The position numbers and the translations under genes are program-made. A stretch of 62,679 nucleotides of DNA, counting the filler, from Candidatus Delongbacteria bacterium (lineage in GTDB: Bacteria > UBA4055): NCBI GenBank assembly GCA_016937995.1. It is 5 parts of 5 records of this genome, joined end to end, with 100 filler letters (N's around TTAATTAATTAA, not from the genome) between each part and the next. Parts side by side here need not be neighbours in the genome. Positions count along the whole stretch, not along the records: positions 36,200 to 56,642 come from JAFGVM010000048.1; 4 more parts are not named here. One strand, given 5' to 3'. The notes under the pieces were generated by a model that did no database searches, had not been told where the DNA came from, and saw only the letters and a program-made list of their open reading frames with translations. Positions 39,075 through 48,838 of this stretch are shown piece after piece; the stretch's first letter is position 1, and every line of letters starts with the position of its first letter.

Positions 39075-39192
39075 TTTTTCTCTCACGTATCTTTTAAGTA
39101 ATTTTATCAAATATAAGCAACTTACCAGGTCAAATAGTGAACTTGTGAGGAAATATTCATTAGTTATTAGTTTTCTGTGAATAGTTTAAAAT

Positions 39193-39215
39193 AAAAAAGC
39201 TCCCAAACGGGAGCT
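39193..39215 (-). terminator. Intrinsic terminator after panD
   Basis: agctccc-gtt-tgggagctttttt on the minus strand. Confidence 0.8.
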
Positions 39216-39240
39216 GATTAATATTCTATGTCAAAATATT

Positions 39241-39612
39241 TTATCTCGGTTGATCTCTTGTAATTTTCTTAATCTTATTATCCCTGTCCAGCAGAACACT
39301 GATACTCTTAAAATTTTCAAGCTCTTTTTCACTATAATCGGCATAACTGATTATGATTATCGGATCGCCGGGCTGGGTCAATCTTGCTATAGCACCGTTC
39401 ATACAAATTGTACCGCTGCCTCTTTCACCCTCTATAGTGTAAGTTTCAGCTCTACTGCCGTTGTTGATATTTACGATCTGTACCTGCTCTCCGATCAAAA
39501 TATCAGCTGCTTCTAATAGATCTCTGTCAATAGTGATGCTACCTTCATAATTAAGATTAGCATCAGTTACTGTGGCTCTGTGGATCTTTGATTTTTTCAT
39601 TCTGCGAAGCAT
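39241..39612 (-). CDS. panD: Aspartate 1-decarboxylase
   Basis: [18 protein letters not shown] self-cleavage site, [13 protein letters not shown]. Confidence 0.97.
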   Translation of the reverse strand: MLRRMKKSKIHRATVTDANLNYEGSITIDRDLLEAADILIGEQVQIVNINNGSRAETYTIEGERGSGTICMNGAIARLTQPGDPIIIISYADYSEKELENFKSISVLLDRDNKIKKITRDQPR

Positions 39613-39661
39613 TTTTTTACCTTCATTTTCTTATTAAGACTCTTTCTCTTTATGAGAGTCC

Positions 39662-39692
39662 CAAAGATAGTGAAAATATTCCCCCTTGTCAA
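39662..39692 (-). promoter_or_regulatory. Putative promoter of panD
   Basis: TTGACA-N17-TATCTT(TG) on the minus strand. Confidence 0.55.
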
Positions 39693-39740
39693 TGATGACA
39701 TTAAGTATTGATCAGGGAATAAATATAACTATATAAAAAT

Positions 39741-39971
39741 TTATCTTACAAGATCAAGGAGATCTACTGAGAATCCGTCTTCCTTTGATGTATTTCCTTC
39801 GAACCATACACAAATTGGATCACCATCTTTAAGACCTTTATCTTTCCATGCTGCATCTATCAGAGTGAACGGCATTTTTTTCTCTTCGCCGATAATTGAT
39901 TTAATTGTCATATCAGGACCACCTGATCTCAATCTAACTACACTTCCCTTTTTGTAATTTGCCATTTCCAA
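39741..39971 (-). CDS. YodC/DUF2158 family small protein
   Basis: GSVVRLRSGGPDMT ... CVWF ... F...LL. Confidence 0.8.
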   Translation of the reverse strand: MEMANYKKGSVVRLRSGGPDMTIKSIIGEEKKMPFTLIDAAWKDKGLKDGDPICVWFEGNTSKEDGFSVDLLDLVR

Positions 39972-40066
39972 CTCCAGTTTGATTTGTTTATCATCAATGA
40001 AATATAATGCTCAATAGAACTCTAACGCAACACTAAAGTTTTGTTCAAAATATATTAAAATACCTG

Positions 40067-41836
40067 TTACTCAATTCCTGTCTGTGTCCAGTAAAGATTG
40101 GCATATAAATTTTTCATTTTCATCAATTCGTGATGAGTTCCCTGTTCAACTAGTTCTCCGTGATCAAGAACTATTATCTTATCTGCGTGTTCTATTGTTG
40201 AAAGTCTATGAGCTATGATTATTGATGTTCTACCTTTCAGAAGTTTTTCCATGCTTCTCTGTATCTCAGCTTCGGTATATGGATCTATTGAACTTGTAGC
40301 TTCATCCATTATCAGTATCTCAGGATCAAAGGTTAAAGCTCTAGAGAATGACAACAGCTGTCTTTCACCGAAAGAAAGATTACTTCCATCCTCAGACAGT
40401 TCTGTCTCGAAACCCTGAGGAAAACTTTTCAGATAATTGTAAATACCCATTTTTTTTGTGGCTTCTACAACTTTTTCCTCAGAGATATCGTTTCTAAGAA
40501 CTCTCAGATTATCCATAATATTTCCGGGGAAAAGAAAGATATCCTGCAGCACAAGACTCATCTTTGACCTTAATGTACTCTGTTTAATATCTTTCAGATC
40601 TACTCCGTCGATCAGAATGCTACCACTGTCAGGATCGTAAAATCTTGAAAGTAATGAGATAATAGTGGTCTTTCCTGATCCTGTAGCTCCGACGATCGCA
40701 ACGGTCGTACCCTTATCTATTGTGATCGAGAGGTTTTTCAATACAGGCTTATCCGGTTCATACTGGAATGAAACATTTTTGAACTCAATCTTCTCTGAAA
40801 AATTCAGCTCAGTAACAGGATCATCACTATCCTTTACTTCCGGTTCTGTATCAAGTATCTCGAATATTCTGTCGGCGGCCCCGAAAGCTCTTTGAAGTTC
40901 TCTTATCTGCTCAGAGATCATTATTAATGGCTGTATTGCAAGTTGAATATATTGAATAAACATCCATACAGTACCAATTGTTATCATATCCTGCTGGATC
41001 CAGTCAACAGCATTGTATAATATCAATGCAATTACCACCTGTGGACACAACATCATTACGAACCAGATACTCTGTTCCATTATATAAATTTTGAATTCAT
41101 ACCATCTTTTCTCTTCATTCATTTTATGGAATTTTTTTCGAGACCAATTAAGATTATTCAAATTCCTAAGTAATGGAATAGCTTTTATATGCTCACTGAG
41201 AAAATTAACTATTACTGCATAAAGTTCCCTTTCTTTTCTGAACATCGGTCTCATCTTACTGAAGATCAAATATGTTCCGAGTAAGTAGATGGGGCTTATT
41301 GCCAGAACAAATAATGTCAGTTTTACATTTGTGGCAAGCATTATAGACACAGCTATAAAAATATTCAGTATACCATTAAGAAGAGATAGTCCTATTGATG
41401 AAAACAACATGAACAGTTTCTGAGAATCAGCTTCGATCCGGCTTATCAAACGACCGCTTCCAAGTTTATCAAAGAATGAAATTGAAAGTGTCATTATATG
41501 TTTCAGCATCACATTTTTGATATTATTTACAATGTCTATTCCCATGAATCCGACTATTATCATCTCAAAATATTGAATTGCACCGAATAATATCAGCAAT
41601 ACAAGATAGAGACTGGCATATTTGAAAACCAGGTTAAGATCCTTTGAAGGGATTGCATTATCGACCATTTCCCTGAAAACCAAAGGCAATGTTGCATTAA
41701 GAGCAGTAGTTAAAATAACTGCCAGAATTGCAAGAATAATTGCTTTCTCATGCCCTTTAAAAAATTTCAGTATCCTTTTCAGTGTAGAAGCAGATACTTT
41801 AGATTTTATATGTTCTTCCGGTCCTTCTTTTCTCAT
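40067..41836 (-). CDS. ABC exporter, fused permease/ATPase (MdlB-like)
   Basis: TM domain, GATGSGKT, LSFGERQ, DEATSSID, IAHRLST. Confidence 0.93.
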   Translation of the reverse strand: MRKEGPEEHIKSKVSASTLKRILKFFKGHEKAIILAILAVILTTALNATLPLVFREMVDNAIPSKDLNLVFKYASLYLVLLILFGAIQYFEMIIVGFMGIDIVNNIKNVMLKHIMTLSISFFDKLGSGRLISRIEADSQKLFMLFSSIGLSLLNGILNIFIAVSIMLATNVKLTLFVLAISPIYLLGTYLIFSKMRPMFRKERELYAVIVNFLSEHIKAIPLLRNLNNLNWSRKKFHKMNEEKRWYEFKIYIMEQSIWFVMMLCPQVVIALILYNAVDWIQQDMITIGTVWMFIQYIQLAIQPLIMISEQIRELQRAFGAADRIFEILDTEPEVKDSDDPVTELNFSEKIEFKNVSFQYEPDKPVLKNLSITIDKGTTVAIVGATGSGKTTIISLLSRFYDPDSGSILIDGVDLKDIKQSTLRSKMSLVLQDIFLFPGNIMDNLRVLRNDISEEKVVEATKKMGIYNYLKSFPQGFETELSEDGSNLSFGERQLLSFSRALTFDPEILIMDEATSSIDPYTEAEIQRSMEKLLKGRTSIIIAHRLSTIEHADKIIVLDHGELVEQGTHHELMKMKNLYANLYWTQTGIE

Positions 41837-41903
41837 GGTCTGTAAGATATAAAATAAAGTTAGGATTTACGATATGTTTTTTGGATTTGTCGTTAAAAAA
41901 ATA

Positions 41904-41927
41904 GGGCGTAATAAATTACGCCCCTAC
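41904..41927 (-). repeat. GTAG-footed REP
   Basis: gggcgtaat-aa-attacgcccctac. Confidence 0.8.
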
Positions 41928-41966
41928 TTGATCATTGGAAATTCCGTGTTCGATATTGGATATTAA

Positions 41967-43538
41967 CTATTTCCCGACAGGCACAGTAAATATCCCTCTC
42001 AGATCCTCTGAAGCTGAAATAAGCTGCTCAACTCCACTGTCAATAGCAGTTCCTTTATCAGCCCAGATCTTCCACTGATAGATCTGGCCCGGGATTAAAG
42101 CCTGTGTCGCTGTTCCGTCAAAATCATACTCAATACTTGTTACAGAATCATCAATATACCCGTGATTCACATTACCTGCTGCATCAAATCCACCCCATAG
42201 AATATTTCCACTGAGATCTCTAACTTCTATAATATATTCCTTAGTTGAGGGATATGGCACCCACGAAAATGTCGGTACTATTGAATCCGCTACAAAAGCA
42301 TATATTGAATCTGCAGGATTAGTCGGAGATATCATCTTAATTGAACCCGTAACACTAAAATTCAATGTCGTATTGTTATCTGTAGGGAATGAAACATTTA
42401 AAGCACCCGGATTTTTGAATATCCAATCAGGATCCATAACATATCCATCATTTCCGAATGATGCCCATGCCATAAAATCTCCTTCAGGAATGCCACTGAA
42501 AGAATAATTACCGCCGATCTCTTGTGTGATCATTCCGGGAATAACTTGCATTGTCTCAGGATCTCTCATTACAATATCAACATCCAGAGTATCTGTAGTT
42601 GCAAGGAATGTAACCGATCCCGATAAATTTGAACCTGTTACTTCTAAAACATTGATCGTTACTGAATCTGATTGAGCAACAGCTGAAATAGTCGAAGTAA
42701 CTACAGAATCTGTAACATATCCCTGCTTGTAGGCGGCAATATCGTATGTTGCATAAGGTAGATTATAAAGAATAAAGTAACCGTCAGGTCCTGAGGATGC
42801 CGCAAAGTAGTTTGATGATCCTGCATCGTCTGCAAGTATCAGGAAATTGCTCATCGGAGGTTCTACATAACCTTGTATATAACCGATATCTGTTAAAAGA
42901 TTGTTGAATAATATTCTCTCTTGAACTGTTGTATCTTCTTTAACAACATAGAATGGAACAGGTGTTACTGTTGGAGCTGGAGAAGGGAAGTAACTTTGTG
43001 CAGTTACGTTCAGATAATAATTTCCTTCACCAATATTGAAGTTACAAATTCCATTTTCATCTGTAAAATCCCTGATTTCGGATTCATTTGTTTCTGCATG
43101 GAAAACAACTACATTTGCATTAGGTACCGGTGCTCCCAGAATATCCTTTACGATTATCTTCAGCATAGTTACTGGTCTCATATAAATTTCTTTTGTCGTT
43201 GTTCTCTCACTTTTTACGACGAAAGTATCAGGCTGGGTTCCATATTCCGGTACCGATTCAAAACCGTTGGCTGTGATATTAAGATAATAATCTCCACTGG
43301 TTATTTCAAAAACGACCTGACCGTATTCGTCTGTAAGATCATTCTTTGCAAGTTCTCCATCTGAAGCATATACTTTAACATCTGCACCTTCAATGAGAGT
43401 TACTGAGTCAGCACCGTTTATTGTAATAACCTTCAGTATTGTAGGATCAGGTGACCCGTCATCGTCGCTGCAGCTGATCATCAGAACCAGTGATATTATT
43501 ACCGTAAGTGATAAAAATAGTTTAAAAAATTTCTTCAT
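41967..43538 (-). CDS. Lipoprotein with repeated carboxypeptidase-regulatory-like beta-sandwich domains
   Basis: MISC lipobox; repeated V.V...TDE.G...F....G.YYL..TA units. Confidence 0.75.
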   Translation of the reverse strand: MKKFFKLFLSLTVIISLVLMISCSDDDGSPDPTILKVITINGADSVTLIEGADVKVYASDGELAKNDLTDEYGQVVFEITSGDYYLNITANGFESVPEYGTQPDTFVVKSERTTTKEIYMRPVTMLKIIVKDILGAPVPNANVVVFHAETNESEIRDFTDENGICNFNIGEGNYYLNVTAQSYFPSPAPTVTPVPFYVVKEDTTVQERILFNNLLTDIGYIQGYVEPPMSNFLILADDAGSSNYFAASSGPDGYFILYNLPYATYDIAAYKQGYVTDSVVTSTISAVAQSDSVTINVLEVTGSNLSGSVTFLATTDTLDVDIVMRDPETMQVIPGMITQEIGGNYSFSGIPEGDFMAWASFGNDGYVMDPDWIFKNPGALNVSFPTDNNTTLNFSVTGSIKMISPTNPADSIYAFVADSIVPTFSWVPYPSTKEYIIEVRDLSGNILWGGFDAAGNVNHGYIDDSVTSIEYDFDGTATQALIPGQIYQWKIWADKGTAIDSGVEQLISASEDLRGIFTVPVGK

Positions 43539-43631
43539 GACAGCTCCTATATTTGATTCGTTACAACATATCTCTTACTGTTAATTTAAATATTTGTTAA
43601 CCTCATGTAAAGGACTAAATAAAATTCAAAA

Positions 43632-44252
43632 TTAAAAATCAAATTTAACTCCTGCAGAAATTCCAAGGTCATCAATCCCGGGTTGAGCAAGATAATCATA
43701 AGTGATCTCTTCATCATTTATAGGATTATTCCTTTTTATATCATTTGTAATTTTTACCATTGAAAATCCCAGTTTTCTGAATTGAACGAACATAGAGAGT
43801 TTCTCAGAAATATTCATATCCAGTCCAAAAGTTACATATTGTCCAACTCCGAATGTTGAAGCTTCGCTGTCAAAATTGTCATTTTCTTCATTCCTTTTAT
43901 AAGAATAGAAACCTAACCCTAAACCGATATAAGGTTTTATACTACTGTTCGGAATAGATTGAAAATATAATAATTCTGCTTCAAGTGGTATACCTGTGAT
44001 AGAAACTTCAGTACTTTCATCATTGTCCGCAGGATCGGCATAGTCTATTTCTTCTTTGAATTGTGCTGAACCGAAGCCCACAGAAAAACCCAAAGTGAAC
44101 TTCTCATTGAATGACAAATAATAATGTCCGATCAAATGCTTTGGAGAATAGTTGTCAATACCGGCATAAGTACCTGTACCCATACTTACACCGAATTTCT
44201 GAGAGAAAGACACACATGTGATCACAAATAATGAGACGATTATTTTCTTCAT
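43632..44252 (-). CDS. Outer-membrane beta-barrel protein (OmpW-like)
   Basis: Signal peptide, KPYIGLGLGFY, alternating strands, C-terminal GVKFDF. Confidence 0.75.
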   Translation of the reverse strand: MKKIIVSLFVITCVSFSQKFGVSMGTGTYAGIDNYSPKHLIGHYYLSFNEKFTLGFSVGFGSAQFKEEIDYADPADNDESTEVSITGIPLEAELLYFQSIPNSSIKPYIGLGLGFYSYKRNEENDNFDSEASTFGVGQYVTFGLDMNISEKLSMFVQFRKLGFSMVKITNDIKRNNPINDEEITYDYLAQPGIDDLGISAGVKFDF

Positions 44253-44370
44253 TTTTCACTCCTGTTGTTGATTTTCTAGTATTGGAATTTATGCTTAATT
44301 ACCTGAATTGTAAAGATAGAAATTAATACAAAAAAGGAATACATCAATGAATATTGGTTTAAAAGAAAAT

Positions 44371-44460
44371 GGCGTAATGAATTACGCCCCTACGTGTTTT
44401 TGGGGTCGAATAGGAATCGACCCCTACATATTTCTCTGTGTCCTCTGTGTCTCCGTGAGA
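44371..44460 (-). repeat. Two tandem GTAG REPs plus a CTCTGTG-type repeat
   Basis: ggcgtaatgaattacgcccctac; ggggtcgaataggaatcgacccctac; ctctgtgtcctctgtgtctccgtgaga. Confidence 0.8.
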
Positions 44461-44470
44461 AACCTATCTT

Positions 44471-46618
44471 TTACGCGCGGTCATGCTCGACTTTTTTAAT
44501 AAGTATCTCAAGTATCTTTATTGCTGAATCAGAAATAACAGTTCCCGGACCGAAGATCGCTATAGCACCGGCATCGTACAAGAATTCATAATCCTGAGCT
44601 GGAATTACTCCACCGACAACTATCATAATATCTTCTCTTCCCAGCTTTTCCAGCTCTTCTATAACGCCAGGAACTAAAGTCTTATGTCCGGCTGCAAGCG
44701 ATGATACCGCAAGAACATGAACATCGTTCTCAACTGCCATTTTAGCAGCTTCTTCAGGAGTCTGGAACAAAGGACCCATATCAACATCAAATCCGAGATC
44801 AGCATAACTTGTAGCAATTACTTTCGCACCTCTGTCATGCCCGTCCTGACCCATCTTAGCAATCATTATTCTTGGTCTTCTCCCTTCAAGCTTGTCAAAC
44901 TCATCAGCGAGTTGTTTAGCTTTAGCAAAACTACTATCCTTCATTGCAACTCCTGAGTATACACCTGATATCATTTTAATTTCTGCTTTATGTCTTCCGA
45001 AATGTACTTCAAGTGCATCAGAGATCTCTCCCAGAGTAGCTCTTTTCTGAGCAGCTTCAACACTTAATGCAAGTAAATTACCTTCTCCTGTTCTTGCACA
45101 TTCGGTCAATTTAGCTAAAATTTCTTTTACATCGGCTTCATTTCTCTCTGCTTTAAGTTTCTTAATTCTTTCAATCTGGGAATCCCTTACAGATGAGTTA
45201 TCCACTTCAAGAACATCCAATGGATCTTCTTTTTCGAGTCTATATTTGTTAACACCTACTATAACATCTTCTTTTGTATCTATCTTTGCCTGCTTCCTTG
45301 CTGCTGCTTCCTCAATTCTCATCTTTGGAAGGCCGCTTTCGATAGCTTTAGCCATTCCACCAAGTTTTTCGACTTCTTGGATGTGACCCCATGCTTTTTC
45401 TACAAGCTCTTCAGTTAATTTTTCTACGAAATATGAACCGCCCCATGGGTCAACTGCTTTACAAATACCTGTTTCTTCCTGTAGATATATCTGAGTATTT
45501 CTTGCTATTCTTGCCGAAAAATCGGTAGGTAATGCAATTGCTTCATCAAGTGCATTTGTGTGAAGTGATGAAGTATGTCCGAATGCAGCTGCAAGTGCTT
45601 CTGAACAAGTTCTTACTACGTTATTAAATGGATCCTGCTCTGTTAAACTCCATCCAGAAGTCTGTGAATGTGTCTTTAACTTAAGGGATTTAGGGTTTTT
45701 CGGATTGAACTGACTTACTATCTTTGACCATAGAAGTCTTCCTGCTCTCATCTTGGCGATCTCTGTAAAATGATTCATTCCAACAGCCCAGAAGAAAGAT
45801 AATCTCGGTGCAAATGCATCAATATCAAGTCCTGCTTCTACTCCTGCTCTAAGATACTCTAGACCGTCAGCTAAAGTATAAGCCAGCTCAATATCAGCTG
45901 TTGCTCCTGCTTCCTGCATGTGGTAACCTGAGATAGAGATCGAATTGAATTTAGGCATTTTTTGAGAAGTATATTCAAATATATCAGAAATGATCTTCAT
46001 TGAAGGCTTTGGAGGGTAGATGTAAGTATTTCTTACCATGAACTCTTTTAGAATATCATTCTGGATAGTTCCTGAAAGATCTTTTAATTCCGCTCCCTGC
46101 TCTAATGCAGTTGCAATGTAAAACGCCATAATAGGCAAAACTGCACCGTTCATTGTCATAGAAACAGACATTTTATTCAATGGGATCTGGTCGAACAGAA
46201 TGTTCATATCCAGAACTGAATCTATAGCAACACCTGCCTTACCAACATCTCCGGTAACTCTCGGGTGATCAGAATCGTAACCTCTGTGAGTCGCAAGGTC
46301 AAAAGCTACTGAAAGTCCTTTCTGACCTGCAGCAAGATTTCTTCTGTAGAATGCATTCGATTCTTCAGCTGTTGAAAAACCTGCGTACTGGCGGACTGTC
46401 CATGGTCTTGTTGATCCCATAGTTGAAAATGGACCTCTAAGATAAGGAGTAACTCCTGCATCAAAATCCAGATGCTCCATCTCCGTAAGGTCATCCTGTG
46501 TATAATACGGATAAATATCAATTTGTTCAGCTGAAGTTATGCTTACATCAATATTTTTCTTCTCTGTCTTCTTTGCTGACAGTGAATGATCATAATTTAT
46601 GTTTGAAAAGTTAGGCAT
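44471..46618 (-). CDS. scpA: Methylmalonyl-CoA mutase, catalytic B12-binding subunit
   Basis: [47 protein letters not shown]. Confidence 0.97.
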   Translation of the reverse strand: MPNFSNINYDHSLSAKKTEKKNIDVSITSAEQIDIYPYYTQDDLTEMEHLDFDAGVTPYLRGPFSTMGSTRPWTVRQYAGFSTAEESNAFYRRNLAAGQKGLSVAFDLATHRGYDSDHPRVTGDVGKAGVAIDSVLDMNILFDQIPLNKMSVSMTMNGAVLPIMAFYIATALEQGAELKDLSGTIQNDILKEFMVRNTYIYPPKPSMKIISDIFEYTSQKMPKFNSISISGYHMQEAGATADIELAYTLADGLEYLRAGVEAGLDIDAFAPRLSFFWAVGMNHFTEIAKMRAGRLLWSKIVSQFNPKNPKSLKLKTHSQTSGWSLTEQDPFNNVVRTCSEALAAAFGHTSSLHTNALDEAIALPTDFSARIARNTQIYLQEETGICKAVDPWGGSYFVEKLTEELVEKAWGHIQEVEKLGGMAKAIESGLPKMRIEEAAARKQAKIDTKEDVIVGVNKYRLEKEDPLDVLEVDNSSVRDSQIERIKKLKAERNEADVKEILAKLTECARTGEGNLLALSVEAAQKRATLGEISDALEVHFGRHKAEIKMISGVYSGVAMKDSSFAKAKQLADEFDKLEGRRPRIMIAKMGQDGHDRGAKVIATSYADLGFDVDMGPLFQTPEEAAKMAVENDVHVLAVSSLAAGHKTLVPGVIEELEKLGREDIMIVVGGVIPAQDYEFLYDAGAIAIFGPGTVISDSAIKILEILIKKVEHDRA

Positions 46619-46641
46619 ATCTTTACCTTTGTTTTATTAGC

Positions 46642-48591
46642 TTACTCAATTACTTTCAGTTTTTTCTGGATACTTCTTAGAGTTTCCACTGAATCAGATC
46701 TTACATGTATAAATTCATCAATTCCCGCTTCTGTCAATGGATCGATAAGTTCTTTTGGATATCCGGCTAGAATTACAACTATATTAGGATTAGCAGCTTT
46801 TATCTTCTTCGTAAAATCTGCTGCTATCTCTGTATAATCATCATCAGAAGCGCAGATAACTGCTATCTCTGAACCTGAACTGATAAATTCTGCAATTGCT
46901 TCATCAACACTTGCAAAACCGTTGTTATCAATTACTTCAATTCCTGCAGCCCCTAAGAATCCCATTGAGAATGAAGCTCTTGCTTTTCTCATGGTAAGAT
47001 TTCCCATTGTTGCCATAAAAGCTGTGATCTTCTTACCTTTTGCCTTGTTGAATTTTTCTGTATCTGCTCTCATTTCCTCGAATATTTCAGAGATCCTGAA
47101 AGGTTTAAGTTTTTCAACTGTATATTCAGCTTCTCCCTGATAAAATCCCTGAAGCATATCATTGTTCTGTTGTACAGAACGCAGATCTGCGTTCCTTACT
47201 ACCGGAGCTTCTTCAGAATTGTTAGGAACATGATTCGTTCCGACAAGACTGTCCTGCCTGCTTGTAAGCTTCTTTATTCTTTTGTTCTTAACTTCATTGA
47301 TCTGAGACTGAATTGTATTCTTTTTAAGAGCTTCAAGCATTCCACCATTCTCTTCGATCTCCTGGAATAATTTCCAGGCTTCTTTTGCAATTGAATCAGT
47401 AAGTTTTTCTATGTAATAAGAACCTGCTGCAGGATCTACATACTTATCTAAATGAGCTTCTTCACCCAGTACAAGTTCAGTATTTCTTGCGATCCTCATA
47501 CTGAAACTGTCTGGTTCATTTATTGCCACATCGTAAGGAAGAACAGTCAGTGAGTTACATCCACCGATAACAGCAGACATAGCTTCTGTAGTTGTTCTTA
47601 AAATGTTTACATGAGCATCATATTTTGTTTTATTGATGATACCTGTTCTTGCATGAATTCTTATCTTTGTTTCAGAGTTCTCATCGTAAACTTTAACTAT
47701 ATTTGACCAAAGTAATCTAAGAGCTCTCATTCCTGCAATTTCCATCAGATAGTTCTGACCTATAGAATAAGAAAGAACAGTATTATCTGCAAAATCATCT
47801 ATTGAAATATCATTTGCAATTCGATCCTTGTAAAAAACAGCCGATGATAATAGATAAGCTATTTTTTGAGTTATCGTAGCACCCGAATCATGGTAATGAT
47901 CGTTTGATATCACAAGACCTTTGAATTTAGGCATTTTCAGAGTTTCTTCGAAAATATCTTTCATCTCTGCAAATCTTTTTTCTTCGCCGACAGCGAAAGA
48001 TCCGTTAAGAGAAAGCTCTTTCAAAGGATCATTGTCGATAGAACCTTTTAATTCTGAGTTACCTTTGATCATACTAAAGATCTGCTTAGAAACAACACCA
48101 GCTGTAATATTTAATCCATTCTCTCCAACAGCAGTAACGATATCTTTCATATCCTGCTCAGAATTAACGACCATTCCTCTTAGAATAGTTCTATCACAGC
48201 AGTCTACACATTTGCACTTTGCATTTCCTTTTCTCAGTTTTGTGTGAAGAATAAGGTCAATTGCTTTTGCACCTTTACTTAATGCTTCATTGGTGAATTT
48301 CACAGCATCTTTTGGATCTGCATTTGAGATCTCCTGTCTGACCTCCCATGAATTCTCAGCTTTTTCACACTTATTTCCACGAAGATACGGAAATTGTCCA
48401 GGTATAGTTCCTAGATGAGCTATATCCTTTGTCTCTGCATTCTTATAGTACGGTTCGAACTGAAAACCGTCATAAGTTTTCCACCAGATCTTCTCATAAG
48501 GTTTACCTTTCAGGTCGCTTTCAACTTCGACCATCCATTTAGCCTTACTTATTTCCGGTGTAAATTCCTTAAAAAGTTTTTCTTTTCCCAA
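46642..48591 (-). CDS. mutA: Methylmalonyl-CoA mutase, small non-catalytic subunit
   Basis: [32 protein letters not shown]; no DxHxxG; TTG start after AAGGAG. Confidence 0.9.
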   Translation of the reverse strand: MGKEKLFKEFTPEISKAKWMVEVESDLKGKPYEKIWWKTYDGFQFEPYYKNAETKDIAHLGTIPGQFPYLRGNKCEKAENSWEVRQEISNADPKDAVKFTNEALSKGAKAIDLILHTKLRKGNAKCKCVDCCDRTILRGMVVNSEQDMKDIVTAVGENGLNITAGVVSKQIFSMIKGNSELKGSIDNDPLKELSLNGSFAVGEEKRFAEMKDIFEETLKMPKFKGLVISNDHYHDSGATITQKIAYLLSSAVFYKDRIANDISIDDFADNTVLSYSIGQNYLMEIAGMRALRLLWSNIVKVYDENSETKIRIHARTGIINKTKYDAHVNILRTTTEAMSAVIGGCNSLTVLPYDVAINEPDSFSMRIARNTELVLGEEAHLDKYVDPAAGSYYIEKLTDSIAKEAWKLFQEIEENGGMLEALKKNTIQSQINEVKNKRIKKLTSRQDSLVGTNHVPNNSEEAPVVRNADLRSVQQNNDMLQGFYQGEAEYTVEKLKPFRISEIFEEMRADTEKFNKAKGKKITAFMATMGNLTMRKARASFSMGFLGAAGIEVIDNNGFASVDEAIAEFISSGSEIAVICASDDDYTEIAADFTKKIKAANPNIVVILAGYPKELIDPLTEAGIDEFIHVRSDSVETLRSIQKKLKVIE

Positions 48592-48721
48592 TTTAAGGAC
48601 TCCTTTATTCAATTAAAGATTAGTTATATTCATTACTTACAGGTCGCAAATATAAGGTAGGTTTTATAAAAACAAAATAAATATTGTTAAAATTTTAACA
48701 AAGAAAAACCATATAAACAAC

Positions 48722-48823
48722 AATACCTGCAGGGGCGTATCGCTATACGCCCGGTTTTTATTATAACGATATAAAAATTATTATATAAAAAAGGGCGAAT
48801 GTTTATTCGCCCCTGCAGGTATT
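48722..48823. repeat. Inverted REP doublet (REPIN-like)
   Basis: aatacctgcaggggcg ... cgcccctgcaggtatt 16-bp terminal inverted repeat; each arm has its own hairpin. Confidence 0.85.
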
Positions 48824-48838
48824 TTAAACGATATTATC

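Noticed and set aside
38391..39110. radC as a marker of a mobile element
   Set aside because: Full-length chromosomal-type RadC among housekeeping genes; no integrase or conjugation genes
44394..44591. 65-aa plus-strand ORF and the other short antisense ORFs in the track
   Set aside because: Overlap REPs or lie antisense to well-supported genes, with no motifs
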